From assembly GCA_964453335.1 (NCBI GenBank), contig CAYVOK010000004.1, positions 14,682-78,681 on the forward strand: a stretch of DNA of 64,000 nt, read 5' to 3'. The translations under genes and the position numbers were made by a program. The notes beneath the pieces were generated by a model. The model searched no databases. It saw only the letters and a program-made list of their open reading frames with translations, and was not told where the DNA came from. This DNA comes from an uncultured Acidimicrobiaceae bacterium (GTDB lineage: Bacteria; Actinomycetota; Acidimicrobiia; Acidimicrobiales; CAIXPF01). Shown in pieces: positions 8,245 to 17,541 of the stretch (positions are counted from its first letter, which is position 1; each line of letters opens with the position of its first letter).

Positions 8245-9617
8245 GACCCGCGAGTCTCGCGCCAGCGGGCCTCGAGTTCCCCCAACGGGGTGGCCGGCGG
8301 GGCGCCGTGCCGGTACTCCTCGAGGATCGCCCGCCATCGGTTGCGCGCGGCGAGACGACCGAGCAACGCGCTGATCCCCCACACGACACGATCGAGGACG
8401 ACGAAGCTCGTCGGCAGGTTCAGCCGTTCGACGACGTCGCGGTACGGCCCGCGCACGTCGAGGATCGAGCCGAGCGTGTCGGCGACGAAGGTGCGCGAGT
8501 AGACGAACTCCTCGGTGAGGAAGGGGATGTACGGGGCGCTCACGTACGCGTAGACCGCCGCCGGGTCGAGGCCGTGGTCGGCGGGCAGGAACCCCGCCCG
8601 GACCATCTCGCGGACCGTCCCCTCGGGGTCCGCGGCGAGGAGGGGGTCGATGACCGGCCACAGCGCTGCGACCTCGTCGTCGCTCCACCGCTTCACCATC
8701 CCGAAGTCGAGGAAGGTGACCGTGCCGTCGTCGTGGAAGCGGTAGTTCCCGGGGTGCGGGTCGCCGTTGAAGATGCGGTGCCGGTAGACGGACTGCTGCG
8801 TGAAGCGGAAGAGGACCTCGGCGGCCCGCTGGCGTGCCTCCTCCGTCGCCCCGGCTTCGAAGTCGGCCCACGCACGGCCGTCGACCCATTCGCTGACGAG
8901 CACCCGGTCGGTGCACAGCTCGGGGACGAGCGCAGGTATCCGGATGAAGGGGTGACCGGCGTAGAGCTCGCCGAAGTGGCGCTGGTTCGCCGCCTCTTTC
9001 CGGTAGTCGAGCTCCTCGACGATGCGCGCCCGCAGTTCGTCGACCGTCCCGCGCACGTCGAGACCCTTGTACGCGAACGCCGACACCATCTGGTAGAGCA
9101 CCTCGACGTTCGCGAGGTCCGCACCGATCGCGTCGGCGACGCCGGGGTACTGGACCTTGACGGCGACGTCGCGACCGTCCCACAGGCGGGCCCGGTGCAC
9201 CTGCCCGATCGACGCCGCGGCGACCGGCAACGGCTCCCAGCGGTCGAAGAGCACCGACGGCTCGTCGCCGAGCTCGGTGCGCACGACCTCCTCGGCGAGC
9301 GAGGGCGCCATCGGCGGCGCGTCCGACTGCAGGGTCGCGAGCACCGCCTTGGCCTCCTCCGGGAGCGCCTCGGCGATGAAGGACACGAGTTGCCCGGCCT
9401 TCATGGCCGCACCCTTCATCTGCCCGAGCTCACGGGCGACGTCGGACGCGCTGCGGATGGCGAAGGTCCGGTCGAGTTCCGCACGCGCCTGCTCGGAGCG
9501 GGTGAGGCGACGGCGCACGACGTGGGGCAGGAAGGCCCCCGCACGACGTGCGGCGAGCCGCCACAGGCGCAGCGTGCGCCGGAGACGGATCAGGCGACGC
9601 CGCACGACGGGACGCAC
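8241..9617 (-). CDS. ABC1/UbiB/AarF-family atypical protein kinase
   Basis: Motifs KAGQLVSFI...PPMA...IGQVHRARL..G..VAVKVQYPG...DPHPGN. Start uncertain: GTG at 9617 or 9605. The track start at 9812 would swallow the next gene. Confidence 0.8.
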   Translation of the reverse strand: MRPVVRRRLIRLRRTLRLWRLAARRAGAFLPHVVRRRLTRSEQARAELDRTFAIRSASDVARELGQMKGAAMKAGQLVSFIAEALPEEAKAVLATLQSDAPPMAPSLAEEVVRTELGDEPSVLFDRWEPLPVAAASIGQVHRARLWDGRDVAVKVQYPGVADAIGADLANVEVLYQMVSAFAYKGLDVRGTVDELRARIVEELDYRKEAANQRHFGELYAGHPFIRIPALVPELCTDRVLVSEWVDGRAWADFEAGATEEARQRAAEVLFRFTQQSVYRHRIFNGDPHPGNYRFHDDGTVTFLDFGMVKRWSDDEVAALWPVIDPLLAADPEGTVREMVRAGFLPADHGLDPAAVYAYVSAPYIPFLTEEFVYSRTFVADTLGSILDVRGPYRDVVERLNLPTSFVVLDRVVWGISALLGRLAARNRWRAILEEYRHGAPPATPLGELEARWRETRGS

Positions 9618-9781
9618 CGGGACGCCGTCGGATCGGCCTCGAGTGCTGCGTCGGCGATCGATCCGCCGCAGAGCGAGCAGACCCCGTAGGTCCCGGCGTC
9701 GAGGCGCTGCATCGCTGCGTCGATCGCCGCCAGCTCGCGGTCGACGTCGGAGAGCACGGTGGCTGCGTCGTCGTCGGGCAC
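9590..9781 (-). CDS. small TraR/DksA-family zinc-finger protein (63 aa)
   Basis: MPDDDAATVLSDVDRELAAIDAAMQRLDAGTYGVCSLCG-x17-CVPSC. The coiled N-terminus plus Cys4 pattern resembles DksA/TraR, but the second pair is CxxxC rather than CxxC. Confidence 0.55.
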   Translation of the reverse strand: MPDDDAATVLSDVDRELAAIDAAMQRLDAGTYGVCSLCGGSIADAALEADPTASRCVPSCGVA

Positions 9782-9787
9782 GGGGAG

Positions 9788-9793
9788 AATGTA
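9788..9793 (-). promoter_or_regulatory. -10 hexamer TACATT, 6 nt before the GTG of the small TraR-like gene (leaderless pattern)
   Basis: Minus-strand read: TACATT ctcccc GTG. Confidence 0.45.
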
Positions 9794-9881
9794 GTGGCGG
9801 CGGTCGCGTCACCGGCCGGATGCGACGGAGGGCTGCCGGGTAACGTCGGCGCCGACCGGTCCGGGTGGATGGGCCAGTCGG

Positions 9882-9954
9882 GGGCCGCTAGCTCATCGGG
9901 TAGAGCAGGGGACTTTTAATCCCAAGGTGCCGGGTTCGAGCCCCGGGCGGCCTA
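9882..9954 (+). tRNA. tRNA-Lys: tRNA-Lys (anticodon UUU)
   Basis: Hand-folded cloverleaf. Acceptor GGGCCGC/GCGGCCT, D arm GCTC..GAGC, anticodon loop CTTTTAA, T arm CCGGG-TTCGAGC-CCCGG, discriminator A. 73 nt; CCA is not encoded. Confidence 0.9.
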
Positions 9955-9991
9955 CCGGACGGGACGGTGGAACGGATCGGGAGGGGACGAT

Positions 9992-10744
9992 ATGACGGTG
10001 CTCACGGAGCGACACGGCCACATCTTCGTGGTCCGGATGCAGCGACCCGAGAAGCGCAACGCGGTCGACCGGGCGCTCGCGGACGGGATCGAGGAGGCAC
10101 TCAACACCTTCGAGGACGACCCGGATCTGTGGGTCGGCATCATCACGGGGACCGCCGAGGTGTTCTCGGCGGGGACCGACCTCACCCAGCCACGGTCCCC
10201 GGCCACCCCGCGCGGCGGCGAGTACGGGATCATCCGTCGGGATCGACGCAAGCCGATGATCGCCGCGGTCGAGGGGTTCGCGCTCGGCGGCGGCTTCGAG
10301 ATCGTGCTCGCGTGCGACCTCGTGGTCGCGTCGACCACTGCACGCTTCGGGCTGCCCGAGGTCGAACGGGGCCTGCTGCCGACGTGCGGCGGGATCTTCC
10401 GGTCGGCCCGCGCCCTTCCGCTCAACATCGCGAAGGAACTGCTCCTCACCGGGGACCGGCTCGATGCCGCACGCGCCGAGGTCCTCGGTCTCGTGAACCG
10501 GGTCGTGCCTGCCGGCACGGCGCTCGAGGGCGCGATGGAGCTCGCCGAACGGATCTGCCGCAACGCCCCGCTCGCGATGCGGGCGTCGATGCACGCGCTC
10601 GAGCAGGTGGTCGCTGCCGACGACGTCGCTGCCTGGGCGGCGACGGACGAGGCGGCAGCGCAGATCATGGGCAGCCCCGAGGCGAAGGAAGGGACCCGGG
10701 CCTTCTTCGAGAAGCGTGCCCCGGTCTGGGACGGGCTCGCCTGA
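9992..10744 (+). CDS. enoyl-CoA hydratase/isomerase (crotonase) family
   Basis: 250 aa. RPEKRNAVD...FSAGTDL...A.VEGFALGGGFEIVLACD. SD GGGAGGGG upstream. Confidence 0.85.
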   Translation: MTVLTERHGHIFVVRMQRPEKRNAVDRALADGIEEALNTFEDDPDLWVGIITGTAEVFSAGTDLTQPRSPATPRGGEYGIIRRDRRKPMIAAVEGFALGGGFEIVLACDLVVASTTARFGLPEVERGLLPTCGGIFRSARALPLNIAKELLLTGDRLDAARAEVLGLVNRVVPAGTALEGAMELAERICRNAPLAMRASMHALEQVVAADDVAAWAATDEAAAQIMGSPEAKEGTRAFFEKRAPVWDGLA

Positions 10745-10845
10745 CGGCGTCCGAGCCTGCGGGCCGACATCGGCACCGGTAGGGTTGGCCCGCTCGTCCG
10801 CGCACCGGCGCGGCGACCCGACCGGAAATCCACGAGGTGACGACG

Positions 10846-11325
10846 ATGGTTGCTGTTGGCGATCGAATCCCTGATGTCGAAGTGCGCACGATGGGCGCGG
10901 AAGGCCCCGTCGCCGTCCAGACCGGCGAGGTCCTCGGTTCCGGCAAGGTGCTGCTGTTCGCGGTGCCGGGTGCCTTCACGCCCGGCTGCTCGAAGCTCCA
11001 CATGCCGGGCTACGTGCAGAACGCCGCAGCGCTGCGCGACAAGGGGATCTCGAAGATCGTGTGCACGGCCGTCAACGACGCGTTCGTGATGGCCGCCTGG
11101 GCGGAGCAGCAGGGTGCCGACAAGGACATCGTGATGCTGGCCGACGGCAACGGCGCCTTCGCCGAGGCGATGGGTCTCGTCCTCGACGGCAGCGGCATCG
11201 GTCTCGGCAAGCGTTCGCAGCGGTATGCGGCGATCGTCGAGAACGGCGTGATCACCGACCTGTCGGTGGAGCCGAAGCCGGGCGTCGACGTCAGCTCCTG
11301 CGACGCGATGATCGCGAAGCTCTGA
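10846..11325 (+). CDS. peroxiredoxin, Prx5-like subfamily
   Basis: FAVPGAFTPGCS peroxidatic-Cys motif. I prefer ATG 10846 (MVAVGDRIP, SD GAGGTGA 5 nt upstream) over the track start at 10837. Confidence 0.85.
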   Translation: MVAVGDRIPDVEVRTMGAEGPVAVQTGEVLGSGKVLLFAVPGAFTPGCSKLHMPGYVQNAAALRDKGISKIVCTAVNDAFVMAAWAEQQGADKDIVMLADGNGAFAEAMGLVLDGSGIGLGKRSQRYAAIVENGVITDLSVEPKPGVDVSSCDAMIAKL

Positions 11326-11350
11326 GCTCCCACCCACGGAGCGTGCACCG

Positions 11351-12115
11351 ATGACCGCCGTACCGAGCGTCGCAGACGTCGTCGCCCGGACGGCTGGTCC
11401 GGTGCTGGAGTTCAGCCGCAGGTGGATGCTGTCGCCCGAGACCGCAGCCCGCAGCGACGCTCTCGGGTTGCCGCCCGGGCGCGGATTCTGGCTCGCCGGC
11501 CGCTGCGGTGTGCTCGGTGACGTCGACGCCGACGTGATCGCCGCGGCGATCGGCGTGATGCACCCCTCGATGGTCCGTGCGCTCTGGGAAGCGCGCCCGC
11601 GCACTCGGCCCGCACTCGCGTGGAGCGAGGAGTACGCGGCGTGCGCGATGGCGTGGGGCCGGACGGCGCTCGCCGCCATGGACGAGGGGCGTCTCGCGCG
11701 GCTCGTCGAACTGTGCGGGATCGTGACCGCGGCAGCCCTGCCCGCGACCGGCGCGATCTTCGCCGGGTGGCGCAATCTCGCCGTGCCGTCGGACGATCCG
11801 GCCGCGGCGACGGCGCTCGTGGTCAACGTGCTGCGTGAGCTGCGTGGTGGCGCACATCTGATCGCGCTGCAGGCCGTCGGTCTGCGCCCCGTCGACGCGT
11901 TGTTGACCGCCGAGCCACCACGCGGCGGACCCGAATGGGCCGATGGTCTCGGCTGGTCGGGTCCCTACGACGACCCCGCGCCACTGCTCGCGGCGCGGGC
12001 CCGGGCCGAGGAGCTCACGTCGCAGTTGTGCGAGCACGCCTACGCAGCGGTGCCCGCCGAGGACCGCACGACCTTCGTCGACCTCGTCGTCGAGGCCCGG
12101 GCGACGATCGGCTGA
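11351..12115 (+). CDS. conserved hypothetical protein (no motif I can name)
   Basis: 254-aa ORF with normal coding composition and a GGAG upstream. No competing gene on the other strand. Confidence 0.5.
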   Translation: MTAVPSVADVVARTAGPVLEFSRRWMLSPETAARSDALGLPPGRGFWLAGRCGVLGDVDADVIAAAIGVMHPSMVRALWEARPRTRPALAWSEEYAACAMAWGRTALAAMDEGRLARLVELCGIVTAAALPATGAIFAGWRNLAVPSDDPAAATALVVNVLRELRGGAHLIALQAVGLRPVDALLTAEPPRGGPEWADGLGWSGPYDDPAPLLAARARAEELTSQLCEHAYAAVPAEDRTTFVDLVVEARATIG

Positions 12116-12122
12116 GCCCCGT

Positions 12123-12824
12123 TCACCGCCCGAGATCGGGCGGGGGTGGTGCAGTGACCTCGAGTGGCTCCCCGGTGACGGGGTGCGGGATCCTGAGGCG
12201 TGCGGCGTGCAGTGCCACACGCCGAGCCCCGACACCGCCGTAGAGACGGTCGCCGACGATCGGGTTGCCACCACCTGCGAGATGCACCCGCAGCTGGTGC
12301 GTCCGACCGGTGTGCGGACGACCCTCGACGAGCCACCGCCCCGGCGGGCCGGGTGCGGGGCCGAGCAGACGGAACGAGCTGTGCGCGATCTTCCCGCCGG
12401 CCCGCACCGCGCCGTGGCGGGTGACCCGACCGACCTTGCCGACCGGCGCGAGGTGATCGCGTACCTCCCACGACAGGGGCGGTCGGTCGCCGGTGACGAC
12501 GGCGACGTAGCCCTTCTCGACCGCCCGGTCGGCGAAGGCTGCGCCGACCGCTGCGTTGACGGACCGGTCGATCGTGAACAGCACCAGGCCCGAGGTGTCG
12601 ACGTCGAGCCGGTGGTGGACGCCGACGTAGGGGTCGTCCTCGCCCGCCGCCCGACGGAGTTCGATGACCGCACCGTGCAGATGCGGTCGGGCCGGGTCGG
12701 TCGTGGCGTGGGTGGGGAGCCCCGACGGCTTGTCGACGACGATCAACCAGTCGTCGAGGTGGACGACGCGCACCGGGTCGGGGTGCGCGCGCCGCTCACC
12801 CGTGGGACGCGGCCGCCGTGCCAC
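12123..12824 (-). CDS. RluA-family pseudouridine synthase
   Basis: VVDKPSGLPTH...HRLDVDTSGLVLF catalytic-Asp motif...GRTHQLRVHLA. The start may be internal, since it overlaps the next gene by 29 nt. Confidence 0.85.
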   Translation of the reverse strand: MARRPRPTGERRAHPDPVRVVHLDDWLIVVDKPSGLPTHATTDPARPHLHGAVIELRRAAGEDDPYVGVHHRLDVDTSGLVLFTIDRSVNAAVGAAFADRAVEKGYVAVVTGDRPPLSWEVRDHLAPVGKVGRVTRHGAVRAGGKIAHSSFRLLGPAPGPPGRWLVEGRPHTGRTHQLRVHLAGGGNPIVGDRLYGGVGARRVALHAARLRIPHPVTGEPLEVTAPPPPDLGR

Positions 12825-13128
12825 CGGCGACCTCGAAGCTCCACAGTTCGGCCGCGGTGCTCACCGGTCCGCCGTGCGCGGCGGGAGCGCTCGCGCCGCG
12901 GTGGCCGTGCGCGAACGCCGGCGATTCGGTCCATGCCCGGAACGCTGCCTCGTCGGCCCAACGCGTCACGACGAGCCACTGGGTGCGGCCGTCCGTCGGA
13001 CGGAGCAGTTCGAACCCTTCGAAGCCCGGCTGGCCGTCGACGGCGCCGATGCGCGCGGCGAACCGCCCGGCCAGCTCGTCACCCGAACCCTCGGGCACGG
13101 TGATGGCGTTGATCTTGATGACGGTCAT
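12796..13128 (-). CDS. antibiotic-biosynthesis-monooxygenase (ABM / IsdG-MhuD-like) domain protein
   Basis: 110 aa from ATG 13126-13128: MTVIKINAITVPEGSGDELAGRFAAR...FEGFELLRP...WLVVTRWADEAAFRAW. Confidence 0.7.
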   Translation of the reverse strand: MTVIKINAITVPEGSGDELAGRFAARIGAVDGQPGFEGFELLRPTDGRTQWLVVTRWADEAAFRAWTESPAFAHGHRGASAPAAHGGPVSTAAELWSFEVAGGTAAASHG

Positions 13129-13186
13129 GCCGTCATTCTGCGCCGTGACGCAGCCGATGGGCACGTTCGATCGGACCCGGGCCCGG

Positions 13187-13756
13187 TCAGGGGACGACGA
13201 CGCCCTCGACCTTCGCACCGCGTGCGTCGACCGGGTCGACCGTGACGTCACCCGGCGCACCCATGGGGCGGGTCCACGCGGCGAACTCGAGGAGCGCGCC
13301 GTCGGGGTCGCGGAAGTAGAACGACCGCACGTACACCCCGGGATGGAACTCCCGGGCGACCGTCATCGGGCTGTCGTCGTGGTCCATGATCGGCGAGACC
13401 TCGACGCCGAGCTCCTGCAGTCTCCGGCGGTACGCCTCGAACTGTTCGAGCGGGACGTTGAAGCTGAGGTGGTTCAGCGAGCCGTGCGCCGTGACGATGT
13501 CGCCGCGGCCGGGCAGGGCCGCCGCCATCGTGACGCCCTCGACGGGGCCGGGCGCGCCGGGGAACCAGAAGAACGCGAGATGGTCACCGTTGCCGATGTC
13601 GAAGAAGAAGTGCTGACCTCCACCGGGGAGGTCGATCGTCTTGGTCAGCGGCATGCCGAGCAGGTCGCGGTAGAAGGCGACCGTGCGCGCCATGTCGCTG
13701 CTGACGAGGGCGACGTGGTGCACGCCCCGGAGGTCGAACACGGTGTTCTGCGCCAT
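13187..13756 (-). CDS. VOC (glyoxalase/bleomycin-resistance/dioxygenase) family protein
   Basis: 189 aa. GVHHVALVSSDMARTVAFYRDLLGM...LNHLSFNV...FRDPDGALLEF. Confidence 0.8.
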   Translation of the reverse strand: MAQNTVFDLRGVHHVALVSSDMARTVAFYRDLLGMPLTKTIDLPGGGQHFFFDIGNGDHLAFFWFPGAPGPVEGVTMAAALPGRGDIVTAHGSLNHLSFNVPLEQFEAYRRRLQELGVEVSPIMDHDDSPMTVAREFHPGVYVRSFYFRDPDGALLEFAAWTRPMGAPGDVTVDPVDARGAKVEGVVVP

Positions 13757-13762
13757 TCCGTC

Positions 13763-13768
13763 ACCCTA
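13763..13768 (-). promoter_or_regulatory. -10 hexamer TAGGGT, 6 nt before the VOC ATG (leaderless pattern)
   Basis: Minus-strand read: TAGGGT gacgga ATG. Confidence 0.45.
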
Positions 13769-13812
13769 GGCGCGGCGTCGCGGAGCGCGTCGGGGCACTA
13801 CGGTCGCCGTCC

Positions 13813-14583
13813 ATGGCCGTGCAGTTGCATCTCGAGGGCGGCGTCGCGGAGATCGTCCTCGACCGTCCGGACAAGCTGAATGCGTTCGACGAGGCGATGG
13901 GCTCCGAGCTCCTCGGCCGACTCGCCGAGGTCCGCGCCTCGGGTGCACGGGCGCTCGTCGTCCGTGGCGAGGGACGCGGGTTCTCCGCCGGTCGCGATCT
14001 CGAGGGCATGGACCCGACGCAGGACGCCTCGATCTGGCTCGCCGCGCACGTCGACCCGGTGCTGCTCGGTATCGCGGACCTGCCGATCCCCACGTTCGCG
14101 GCGGTGCACGGTCCGGCACTCGGTGTGGGGTTCGGCATCGCGTTCGCGTGTGACGTGGTGGTCGCAGCGGAGAACGCGAAGCTCGGTTCGCCGTTCGCGA
14201 ACATCGGCGCCGTGTTGGACTCGGGCGGCCACCACGTGCTCGTGCACCGGATCGGCGCACAGCGTGCGCTCGATCTCATCTACTCGGCGCGTCTCGTCAG
14301 CGGTGCCGAGGCGGCGGCCATGGGTCTCGTCACCGCCGCCGTGCCGGCCGACGACCTCCTCGCCGACGTGCGCGCCCGGGCGGCCCGGGCGGCGCAGGGG
14401 CCGACCGCGGCGTTCGCGCTGTCGAAGGCGATCGTGCGGCGGATCGCCGAGGAGGGCATCGGCTACTCCGAGGTGCTCCGCGCCGAGGCCGCCGCCCAGG
14501 GCGCTGCGTCGCGCACGGCGGACTACCGCGAGGGCATGACGGCGTTCGTCGAGAAGCGCACGCCCACGTTCCATGGCCGCTGA
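13813..14583 (+). CDS. enoyl-CoA hydratase/isomerase family
   Basis: 256 aa. LDRPDKLNAFD...GRGFSAGRDL...AAVHGPALGVGFGIAFACD. TACGGT lies 8 nt upstream of the ATG (13799-13804). Confidence 0.85.
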   Translation: MAVQLHLEGGVAEIVLDRPDKLNAFDEAMGSELLGRLAEVRASGARALVVRGEGRGFSAGRDLEGMDPTQDASIWLAAHVDPVLLGIADLPIPTFAAVHGPALGVGFGIAFACDVVVAAENAKLGSPFANIGAVLDSGGHHVLVHRIGAQRALDLIYSARLVSGAEAAAMGLVTAAVPADDLLADVRARAARAAQGPTAAFALSKAIVRRIAEEGIGYSEVLRAEAAAQGAASRTADYREGMTAFVEKRTPTFHGR

Positions 14584-15064
14584 GCAGCGCGCACCGGCCG
14601 AGGACCCGACGCCGTACCCGCCCGGTTGCCACGAGCGCCTCGGCGAGTTGTTCCGCGCCGACCCGCACGCCCGGTCGACGGGGATCGAGATCGTCGACTT
14701 CGGTCTCGGCTGGTGCGACGCACGGGTCGTGACGCTCGAACGGCACGCGAACTTCATCGGACCCGTGCACGGCGGGGTCGTGTTCTCGCTCGCCGACGTG
14801 GCGCTGTCGGTCGCGGGGAACTCGTGGGGTCGGATCTCGCTCGCGCTGTCGCTCGAGGTGCTGTATGCGAAGGCGACGCGGGTCGGCCAGGACGTGGTCG
14901 CCCGGGCGCGCTGTCGCACGCGGAGCCGCCGGATCGCTGCGTTCTCGGTCGATGTCGAGGCGGACGGCGTCCTCGTCGCGACGTTGCAGGCCCTCAACTA
15001 CCGGACCGACGACTGGCACCTCGGTGCGGACGCCTGGCCGGAGTCGTGGCGCTCGACGTACTGA
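14573..15064 (+). CDS. PaaI-family hotdog-fold acyl-CoA thioesterase
   Basis: 163 aa. NFIGPVHGGVVFSLADVAL is the PaaI/4HBT class motif. Overlaps the upstream crotonase by 11 nt. Confidence 0.8.
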   Translation: MAAEQRAPAEDPTPYPPGCHERLGELFRADPHARSTGIEIVDFGLGWCDARVVTLERHANFIGPVHGGVVFSLADVALSVAGNSWGRISLALSLEVLYAKATRVGQDVVARARCRTRSRRIAAFSVDVEADGVLVATLQALNYRTDDWHLGADAWPESWRSTY

Positions 15065-15100
15065 CCGCCGAGGTCGTCCGACCGGGCCGTCCGGCTCCGA

Positions 15101-15106
15101 TACCCT
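15101..15106 (+). promoter_or_regulatory. -10 hexamer TACCCT, 7 nt before GTG 15114 (leaderless pattern)
   Basis: TACCCT ccgcggg GTG. Confidence 0.35.
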
Positions 15107-15113
15107 CCGCGGG

Positions 15114-15857
15114 GTGATCCGCAGCACCTCGCACCACGACGGCGCCGTCACGGTGCTGACCGTCGACCGGCCCGACAAGCGCAACGCCCTCGACCTCGAC
15201 CACTGCGTCGCGCTGCACGCGGCGCTCGACGACGCGGTCGCAGGCGGTTCCCGGGTCGTGGTGGTGACGGGCGAGGGGACGGCGTTCTGTTCGGGAGCCG
15301 ACCTGGGCGGTGTGTACGGCTCGGCGTTCAGGGATGCCCTCTACGGCATGCTCTACCGGTTCTGCGCCGTGCCGGTGCCGGTGATCGCTGCGATCAACGG
15401 CCCGGCGATCGGCGCGGGGACCCAGCTCGCGCTCGCGTGCGACCTCCGGGTGTGCGACGCGTCGGCCCGGTTCGGTGTGCCGACCGCCAAGCTCGGCCTC
15501 GCCGTCGATCCCTGGACGATCCGACGACTCGCGACGATCGCCGGCGGCGGCGCGGCGCGCACGCTGCTGATCGGATGCGACGAGCTCGGTGTCGACGCCG
15601 CCGAACGCGCCGGCCTCGTCGACCGACGTGGCACCTTCGAGGACGCGCTCGCGTGGGCGACGACGATCGCTCGGCTCGCACCGCTCACCCTCGCCTACAA
15701 CAAGCTGGCGCTCGAGCGGCTCGGCGAACCCGGCCCGCGGCCCGTCGACGACCCCGTCCTGGTGCAGGCGTTCGAGGGCTGCTGGTCGAGCGAGGACTTC
15801 GCCGAGGGCCAGGCAGCCTCACGTGAGAAGCGCCCGCCGGTCTTCCGCGGTCGGTGA
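15114..15857 (+). CDS. enoyl-CoA hydratase/isomerase family
   Basis: Recognisable from VIRSTSHHDGAVTVLTVDRPDKRNALD...FCSGADL...AAINGPAIGAGTQLALACD. The track ORF start at 14865 gives an Arg-rich non-homologous extension that overlaps paaI. Confidence 0.85.
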   Translation: MIRSTSHHDGAVTVLTVDRPDKRNALDLDHCVALHAALDDAVAGGSRVVVVTGEGTAFCSGADLGGVYGSAFRDALYGMLYRFCAVPVPVIAAINGPAIGAGTQLALACDLRVCDASARFGVPTAKLGLAVDPWTIRRLATIAGGGAARTLLIGCDELGVDAAERAGLVDRRGTFEDALAWATTIARLAPLTLAYNKLALERLGEPGPRPVDDPVLVQAFEGCWSSEDFAEGQAASREKRPPVFRGR

Positions 15858-15866
15858 CCGACGCGG

Positions 15867-17507
15867 TCAGGCGGTCTGCGCGTCGTCGAGGCCGAGTTCG
15901 GCCTTCGCCTGTTCGCGCATGAGGAACTTCTGGATCTTCCCCGTGACGGTCATCGGGAACTCCTCGACGAACTTCACGTAGCGCGGCACCTTGTAGTGGG
16001 CGATCTTGCCGCGGCAGAAGTCCTTGATCTCGTCCTCGGTGGCGGACATGCCGTCCTTCGTCGTGATCCAGGCCATGACCTCTTCACCGAACCGGACATC
16101 GGGCACGCCGATGACCTGGACGTCGGCGACGGCGGGGTGGGTGTAGAGGAACTCCTCGATCTCGCGGGGGTACACGTTCTCCCCGCCGCGGATGATCATG
16201 TCCTTGATGCGGCCGACGATGTTGACGTACCCGTCGCCGTCCATCGTGGCGAGGTCGCCCGTGTGCATGAACCCGTCGGCGTCGACCGCGTCCCGGGTGC
16301 GGTCCGGGTCGTTCCAGTAGGCCTGCATCACCGAGTACCCGCGGGTGCAGAACTCGCCCGCGACGCCACGGGGCACGGTGTCGCCGGTCTCGGGGTCGAC
16401 GATCTTGATCTCGACGTGGGGGTGCACGCGGCCGACGGTCGCGGTCCGACGGTCGAGGTCGTCGTCGAGCAGCGTCTGCGTGGACACGGGTGACGTCTCC
16501 GTCATCCCGTAACAGATCGTCACCTCGTCCATGTGCATGCGTTCGACGCACTGCTTCATGACCTCGACCGGGCACGGGGAGCCCGCCATGATCCCGGTCC
16601 GCAACGACGACAGGTCGAACCGCTCGAAGTCGGGGTGGGCGAGCTCGGCGATGAACATCGTCGGCACGCCGTACAGCGACGTGCACCGTTCGGCCTCGAC
16701 CGCCCGGAGCACGGCATCGGCGTCGAACGCATCGCCCGGGATGACCATCGTCGCGCCGTGGGTGACGCAGCCGAGGTTGCCCATCACCATGCCGAAGCAG
16801 TGGTAGAAGGGCACGGGGATGCACACCCGGTCGGCCTCGGTGTACCCGCACCCGGCACCCACGAAATAGCCGTTGTTCAGGATGTTGCGGTGGGTGAGCG
16901 TGGCACCCTTCGGGAAGCCGGTGGTACCCGACGTGTACTGGATGTTGATCGGGTCGTCCGCCCGCAGGCCCGCTGAGCGGGTGCGGAGCACCTGTTGGTC
17001 GACGGTGTCGCCGGCGGCCACGAGGGCGTCCCACTCGGGCGTCCAGAAGTAGATCGCCCGTTCGAGCGCGGCGACCTCGGGACGGACCTCGTCGACCATC
17101 GCCACGTAGTCCGACGTCTTGAACGACGGCGCCGCGATCAACCACCGGCACCCGGACTGGTTGAGCGCGTAGGCGAGCTCGTTCGTGCGGTACGCCGGGT
17201 TGATGTTGACGAGGATCACGCCGATCTTCGCCGTGGCGAACTGCACGAGCACCCACTCGGCGTAGTTCGGGCTCCAGATCCCGATCCGGTCACCGACTGC
17301 GAGGCCTTCGGCGATCATCCCGCGGGCGAGCCTGTCGACGGCGGCGTCGAACTCGGCGTAGGTGTAGCGGAGTCCCTGGTGCACGGACACGAGCGCGTCG
17401 TGGTCGGGCCGGAGCGTGGCGACGCGTTCGAGCGTGGCCCCGATGGTCTCGTCGAGCAGCGGGACGTCGGTTCGTCCGATGTCGTGGGAGAGCGGCGCGG
17501 CGGTCAT
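15867..17507 (-). CDS. AMP-dependent acyl-CoA synthetase/ligase (FadD-type)
   Basis: 546 aa. [15 protein letters not shown]-binding motif, [18 protein letters not shown]-terminus. Confidence 0.9.
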   Translation of the reverse strand: MTAAPLSHDIGRTDVPLLDETIGATLERVATLRPDHDALVSVHQGLRYTYAEFDAAVDRLARGMIAEGLAVGDRIGIWSPNYAEWVLVQFATAKIGVILVNINPAYRTNELAYALNQSGCRWLIAAPSFKTSDYVAMVDEVRPEVAALERAIYFWTPEWDALVAAGDTVDQQVLRTRSAGLRADDPINIQYTSGTTGFPKGATLTHRNILNNGYFVGAGCGYTEADRVCIPVPFYHCFGMVMGNLGCVTHGATMVIPGDAFDADAVLRAVEAERCTSLYGVPTMFIAELAHPDFERFDLSSLRTGIMAGSPCPVEVMKQCVERMHMDEVTICYGMTETSPVSTQTLLDDDLDRRTATVGRVHPHVEIKIVDPETGDTVPRGVAGEFCTRGYSVMQAYWNDPDRTRDAVDADGFMHTGDLATMDGDGYVNIVGRIKDMIIRGGENVYPREIEEFLYTHPAVADVQVIGVPDVRFGEEVMAWITTKDGMSATEDEIKDFCRGKIAHYKVPRYVKFVEEFPMTVTGKIQKFLMREQAKAELGLDDAQTA

Positions 17508-17541
17508 GGCCGGAGCCTACGACCGCCCGCCGTCACCGTGC

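Noticed and set aside
9882-11400. tRNA-Lys as a possible integration site for a genomic island.
   Set aside because: No integrase, excisionase, phage or plasmid genes follow it. I found no copy of the tRNA 3' end downstream. The neighbouring genes have flank-like GC and housekeeping functions.
14865-15113. Upstream extension of the third crotonase ORF, and similar N-terminal extensions of track ORFs at 3350..4804, 4650..5546, 6727..9183, 28978..29862, 29691..31322, 37880..38995, 43355..45154, 44293..45738, 57353..58474 and 61262..61930.
   Set aside because: The extensions are Arg/Pro-rich, overlap the preceding recognisable gene, and end at internal starts. Those starts have SD sequences, 4-nt stop/start overlaps or leaderless -10 boxes. 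Homology-like sequence begins only at the internal start.
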